A DNA stretch of 32,123 bases from Elainellaceae cyanobacterium (lineage in GTDB: Bacteria > Cyanobacteriota > Cyanobacteriia > CAZCXK01): the NCBI GenBank assembly GCA_051117555.1, contig JBNPEG010000131.1, positions 1-32,123 of the forward strand. Reading direction: 5' to 3'. Made by a program: the position numbers and the translations under genes. Positions 28,405-32,123 of the stretch are shown in pieces. Each line of letters opens with the position of its first letter. Within the stretch, counting starts at the first letter, position 1. The notes below the pieces were generated by a model. It saw nothing but the letters and a program-made list of their open reading frames with translations. It was not told where the DNA came from and did not search any database.

Positions 28405-29004
28405 ATGCTCCAAGTCACAACAAAACGCTTCACGGTCGATGACTACCATCGTCTGACCGAGTTGGGATTTCTCTCGCCAACCGATCGGATTGAGTTAATT
28501 CGAGGAGAACTGGTGCAGATGGCGGCTAAAGGAACGCCTCATTCAGTGTGTAACACAACACTCACGCGAGAACTCGACCGACTAGTGGGCGATCGCACCG
28601 TGGTTCGGGGTCAAGAACCGATCAGTCTCTCTTCAGACAGTGAACCTGAACCCGATGTGATTATTGCTAATGGGCAACCCGATGATTATCTCGATCATCA
28701 TCCCTATCCATCAGACATTGTATTAGTCATCGTGGTTTCAGACTCGACCCTAGACTACGACCAGACGACCAAGCTAGCGTTGTACGCTGAATGCCAGATT
28801 CAAGATTACTGGATTGTTAATTTAGTGAGCTATCGGTTGGAGCACTACAGCCATCCTTATGCTGATCAGCAGGGCAATTTTGGCTATCGAACCATGCAGA
28901 TTTTGCTCCCCCCCGAAACGGTGATGCTTCCTCATCGTTCAGATCTGTGGCTGGAATTAGACCGCGTATTTCCGCGACAGTCACCGAATCAATCAGGTCA
29001 CTGA
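28405..29004 (+). CDS. Uma2 family PD-(D/E)XK endonuclease-like protein
   Basis: RFTVDDYHR, RIELIRG, SEPEPD, LVIVVSDST, K..LYA and YWIVNL motifs. Confidence 0.92.
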   Translation: MLQVTTKRFTVDDYHRLTELGFLSPTDRIELIRGELVQMAAKGTPHSVCNTTLTRELDRLVGDRTVVRGQEPISLSSDSEPEPDVIIANGQPDDYLDHHPYPSDIVLVIVVSDSTLDYDQTTKLALYAECQIQDYWIVNLVSYRLEHYSHPYADQQGNFGYRTMQILLPPETVMLPHRSDLWLELDRVFPRQSPNQSGH

Positions 29005-29186
29005 ATCTGGATATGGGAGTTAGACGGAATTTATAGGTCTGATCAAACTGTAGAGCGTATTTATACTAAACCCGACTTTTGTGAAGATCTGGTAAATTCC
29101 GTAAAATTTCGGGGAATTATAGATTTAGCTTTACTGATCGCTTTTCTGGATAGAGAATGAGCCATTGAAACACATCGACACAAACC

Positions 29187-30764
29187 ATGGAATCTGATAA
29201 TTCATATTCCCAGAACTATCAAAACTATATCCAAACCATTCTGAATCAGGCTGCATCTGGCGTTAACGAATCGATTCAAGATGTTTTAGAGGCAACCAAC
29301 TGGGATGAACCTCAGTCATGGCTAGATTGCAACAATTTGGCAGTCATTGCTCTTGTCATGGCGGAGCAGTCTGATGAATCTCAGATGCGAACGCTATATC
29401 TCGAAATGGCGCTAGAAGCATTGAATGAGGGGGCAGCGGCTCATCCACTTTGTGCGGCTCATTTAGCGCTCGTTCATTGCATGATAGGACAGTCTCAGGA
29501 AGCAATGCGGCTTGCGTTTTCAAAATTTGTCGAGACTAGTCAGGTTGCCTTTACGGCTAAGTCAGACACAATCGGGTTGGTGTATCTGCCGATGGACAAA
29601 CACAACAGAGCGATCGCCCGTCGAGAATTGCTTCAAATCATGTTGCAGGCCGACACGGGATATACCCAAGCAATTCTACTGTTGGGGGATGTTCTTAGGC
29701 GATCGCAGCTCGTCTTTTACAATGCAGGCGGATTGAGATTCCTGCAACTAACAAATCATCTGATACCTAACTCGGCATGGCTAAACTTAAGCCTGGGTCT
29801 AGCCAGTCTCTTTAGCAACCAATGGGAAGGACTCGCCTATCTTTATAGAGCCCATGCGATCGCACCTAACTATGCACCAGCAGTACAAGCCCTGTATTTA
29901 ACCTATCGAGCTTTGAATCAGCAGAACTTAGCTGACGGCTGGCTGAAAGCAGCCCAAGCTTATTATCGAGAGCAGCCAGAATCCCTGGAATGGCAGTGGG
30001 CAAACCTGCTATCTGACCAGCTATTTACATATGTACCGTTTGATCACAATGTGCTACTTGCAGTAGAAGCAAACTTCCGTAGCATCGTGACAAGCGTCAT
30101 GCTAGTAGAGGGAGATTGGTTTGAGGCAGAAATGGAATTTTGGCGCGAGCAGCTTCAGCCAGGGATGACGGTAATCGATGTGGGAGCTAACGTCGGCGTC
30201 TATACATTTAGTGCTGCTCAGCAAGTGGGCAAGACAGGGCGGGTCTTAGCGGTAGAGCCATTTTCAGGATGTGTGCAATGCATGGAAGAAACTCGTCGTG
30301 TAAATGATTTGTCTCAGGTGACAATTTGCGCGGGAGCTGCAAGCGATTGTGATAGCACAATCCGTATTTCTCTTCATAGAGCCAGCGAATTAAATGAGGT
30401 TATTACCGATGACTCAGCACCAGCGTCAGGCAATGTAGAGGAAGTCCCTTGCTACACACTAGATACCCTGGTCGAGCAAGAAAAGCTTGATCAGGTTGAT
30501 TGGCTCAAAATTGATGCGGAAGGGCATGAGATGCAAGTGCTGAAGGGAAGCGATCGCCTATTGAATCATCATAAACCCGGCATTCTGTATGAGAATATTG
30601 CGGCTGCTAAAGGTAGTAATACAGAGGTCGCAGCATACCTTCAATCAAAAGGATATCAACTATTTTGCTATCAGCCATTTGTTCGACAACTGATGCCAAT
30701 TTCAACTGACAAAGAGTTGACAGGCAATCTTAATATCATTGCATTACCTGCTGAGAAAGTTTGA
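29187..30764 (+). CDS. FkbM family methyltransferase with N-terminal TPR-like domain
   Basis: VIDVGANVGVY, VLAVEP and LKIDAEGHE motifs; helical N-terminal half. Confidence 0.92.
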   Translation: MESDNSYSQNYQNYIQTILNQAASGVNESIQDVLEATNWDEPQSWLDCNNLAVIALVMAEQSDESQMRTLYLEMALEALNEGAAAHPLCAAHLALVHCMIGQSQEAMRLAFSKFVETSQVAFTAKSDTIGLVYLPMDKHNRAIARRELLQIMLQADTGYTQAILLLGDVLRRSQLVFYNAGGLRFLQLTNHLIPNSAWLNLSLGLASLFSNQWEGLAYLYRAHAIAPNYAPAVQALYLTYRALNQQNLADGWLKAAQAYYREQPESLEWQWANLLSDQLFTYVPFDHNVLLAVEANFRSIVTSVMLVEGDWFEAEMEFWREQLQPGMTVIDVGANVGVYTFSAAQQVGKTGRVLAVEPFSGCVQCMEETRRVNDLSQVTICAGAASDCDSTIRISLHRASELNEVITDDSAPASGNVEEVPCYTLDTLVEQEKLDQVDWLKIDAEGHEMQVLKGSDRLLNHHKPGILYENIAAAKGSNTEVAAYLQSKGYQLFCYQPFVRQLMPISTDKELTGNLNIIALPAEKV

Positions 30765-30819
30765 TGTTGAAATCGTTCACATATAGAAATCATAAATTTG
30801 AAAGTTCGAGGCAACGCAT

Positions 30820-31824
30820 ATGGCCTTCTTCCTCAACAAGTTGAAAGAAAACGGACATCTTGAACAAGTTCACATGACAATCTTTAGCGTGGGTTCTCGA
30901 AAGTTGAGCTCAAGCGATGACTTTGGTAACGGCAATTGGAATATCTTCGCACCCCATCTGACAATCTATGGATTTGATGCAGATGCGGATGCTTGCGATG
31001 CTGCCAACGAAGATTTGGAAACCAGGCAAATCGCTTGGACCGAAAAACATATCCCCATCGCCCTTGCCGACGACATTGGAGAATCTACGTTATATGTCAC
31101 TAATAACCCAATGTGTAGTTCTCTGTACCCCCCGAATGAACCATTTCTAAACCGATTTGTGGGTCTACCAGAACTTGTTACCTTGGATTTTACGATCGAC
31201 CTAGAAACGACAACTTTAGATATATTTTCTCAAGAAGAAGGCATTGAGATAATTGATTTTCTAAAGGTTGATGTTCAAGGTGCCGAACTTCTTGTTTTCA
31301 AAGGAGGTGAGAGAAGTTTGAAAAATGTTCTTGCCATCCAAACTGAAGTTTCATTTTCTCCTTTATATCTAGATCAGCCATTGTTCTCAGACGTAGACAC
31401 CTACTTGCGAGCAAAAGGGTTTGCGCTTTTCGGTTTTTTGTTTCCAAATTCTATGAACATCCGCAGGCGATCGCCTGTTCGCCCAAGTAACCGCCCCGGA
31501 CAATTGCTCTGGGCTGACGCAATTTACTTGAAGGACTTGCTAGCAGATGAGGTTGAACCATCATTAAGACCCCCTCAAGCTTTGTTAAAGCTAGCCTGTA
31601 TCGCAGATACTTTGGGATTTCCAGACTATGCTCTAGAAATCTTAGAATATTTGACTCTTAATTATGGTGAAGACTCACGCTTTAACGTCTCAGATAGTCT
31701 AATTGAAAGTCTGACAGCGTTGCCAGAACTCAGACAGACTGGACTTTCCTCGCTGCCAATTGTGCAAAGTATTAAAGACTTTATCAGCAAAGAATGTATC
31801 AAAAACCATAATTTAACCGTCTGA
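30820..31824 (+). CDS. FkbM family methyltransferase
   Basis: VGSR, GFDAD, FLKVDVQGAEL, EVSF.PLY.DQPLF and GQLLWADA motifs. Confidence 0.92.
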   Translation: MAFFLNKLKENGHLEQVHMTIFSVGSRKLSSSDDFGNGNWNIFAPHLTIYGFDADADACDAANEDLETRQIAWTEKHIPIALADDIGESTLYVTNNPMCSSLYPPNEPFLNRFVGLPELVTLDFTIDLETTTLDIFSQEEGIEIIDFLKVDVQGAELLVFKGGERSLKNVLAIQTEVSFSPLYLDQPLFSDVDTYLRAKGFALFGFLFPNSMNIRRRSPVRPSNRPGQLLWADAIYLKDLLADEVEPSLRPPQALLKLACIADTLGFPDYALEILEYLTLNYGEDSRFNVSDSLIESLTALPELRQTGLSSLPIVQSIKDFISKECIKNHNLTV

Positions 31825-32123
31825 AAATCTGTTCCACATGCCCCAGTAAGCACGCTCCATCTCTTGAGTAAACTGCTTAGCATTCCACAGAGGAGACGTT
31901 TGCCGAGACATCCAAAGTTTTTGTCGAATTTGCTGCCGGAGAGGTGCGTCTTTACCTAACCGAATGCCCCACTCGACATATTCGTCTCCCGTCCAGGCAA
32001 TGCCCTCTGTAATGCCAGCATTCATCATCATCGTATAACTATTACGAGCAGCAAATTGCTGCCCTACGCGAGTCACTAGCGGAATACCAAGCCAGAGAGT
32101 TTCTAATGTCGTAGTTGCGCCAT
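31813..32123 (-). CDS. O-linked GlcNAc transferase, SPINDLY/GT41 family (3' end only)
   Basis: The frame is open from the window edge: GATTTLETLWLGIPLVTRVGQQFAARNS...SPLWNAKQF..EME.AY. Confidence 0.92.
   Translation of the reverse strand, partial: GATTTLETLWLGIPLVTRVGQQFAARNSYTMMMNAGITEGIAWTGDEYVEWGIRLGKDAPLRQQIRQKLWMSRQTSPLWNAKQFTQEMERAYWGMWNRFSDG

Larger units (their letters stand above)
1..32123. repeat. HIP1 octamer GCGATCGC dispersed throughout the window
   Basis: Roughly 50 copies by eye (e.g. near 2492, 5229, 8397, 16076, 25559, 31467), far above random expectation; a cyanobacterial hallmark. Confidence 0.95.

Overview
Cyanobacterial chromosomal segment, judged from roughly 50 HIP1 GCGATCGC octamers counted by eye and from cyanobacterial-type ppa, dpsA, menA, pacS, hhoA, hemB and hemJ genes. 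Most of the window is housekeeping, metal-handling or stress genes. The right end is a probable pilin/surface-glycan modification locus (two FkbM methyltransferases and the 3' end of a GT41 O-GlcNAc transferase). The most unusual non-coding signal is a phased array of (T)RAGACYCA boxes with 20- and 12-bp steps at 4411-4641. It lies upstream of a small conserved HTH protein whose first codons contain the related palindrome TGAGACGTCTCA, suggesting an iteron- or centromere-like protein-DNA module. Other notable items are two families of about 87-bp palindromic MITE-like elements with TATAGC...GCTATA ends, an LprI lipoprotein gene split by a +1 frameshift in a G6 tract, an MBL-fold hydrolase with two His-to-Arg ligand changes, a Uma2 nuclease lacking its catalytic Glu, and a basic loop insertion in PacS. 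No rRNA, tRNA, CRISPR array or transposase was seen. All family calls come from motif recognition, not database searches.
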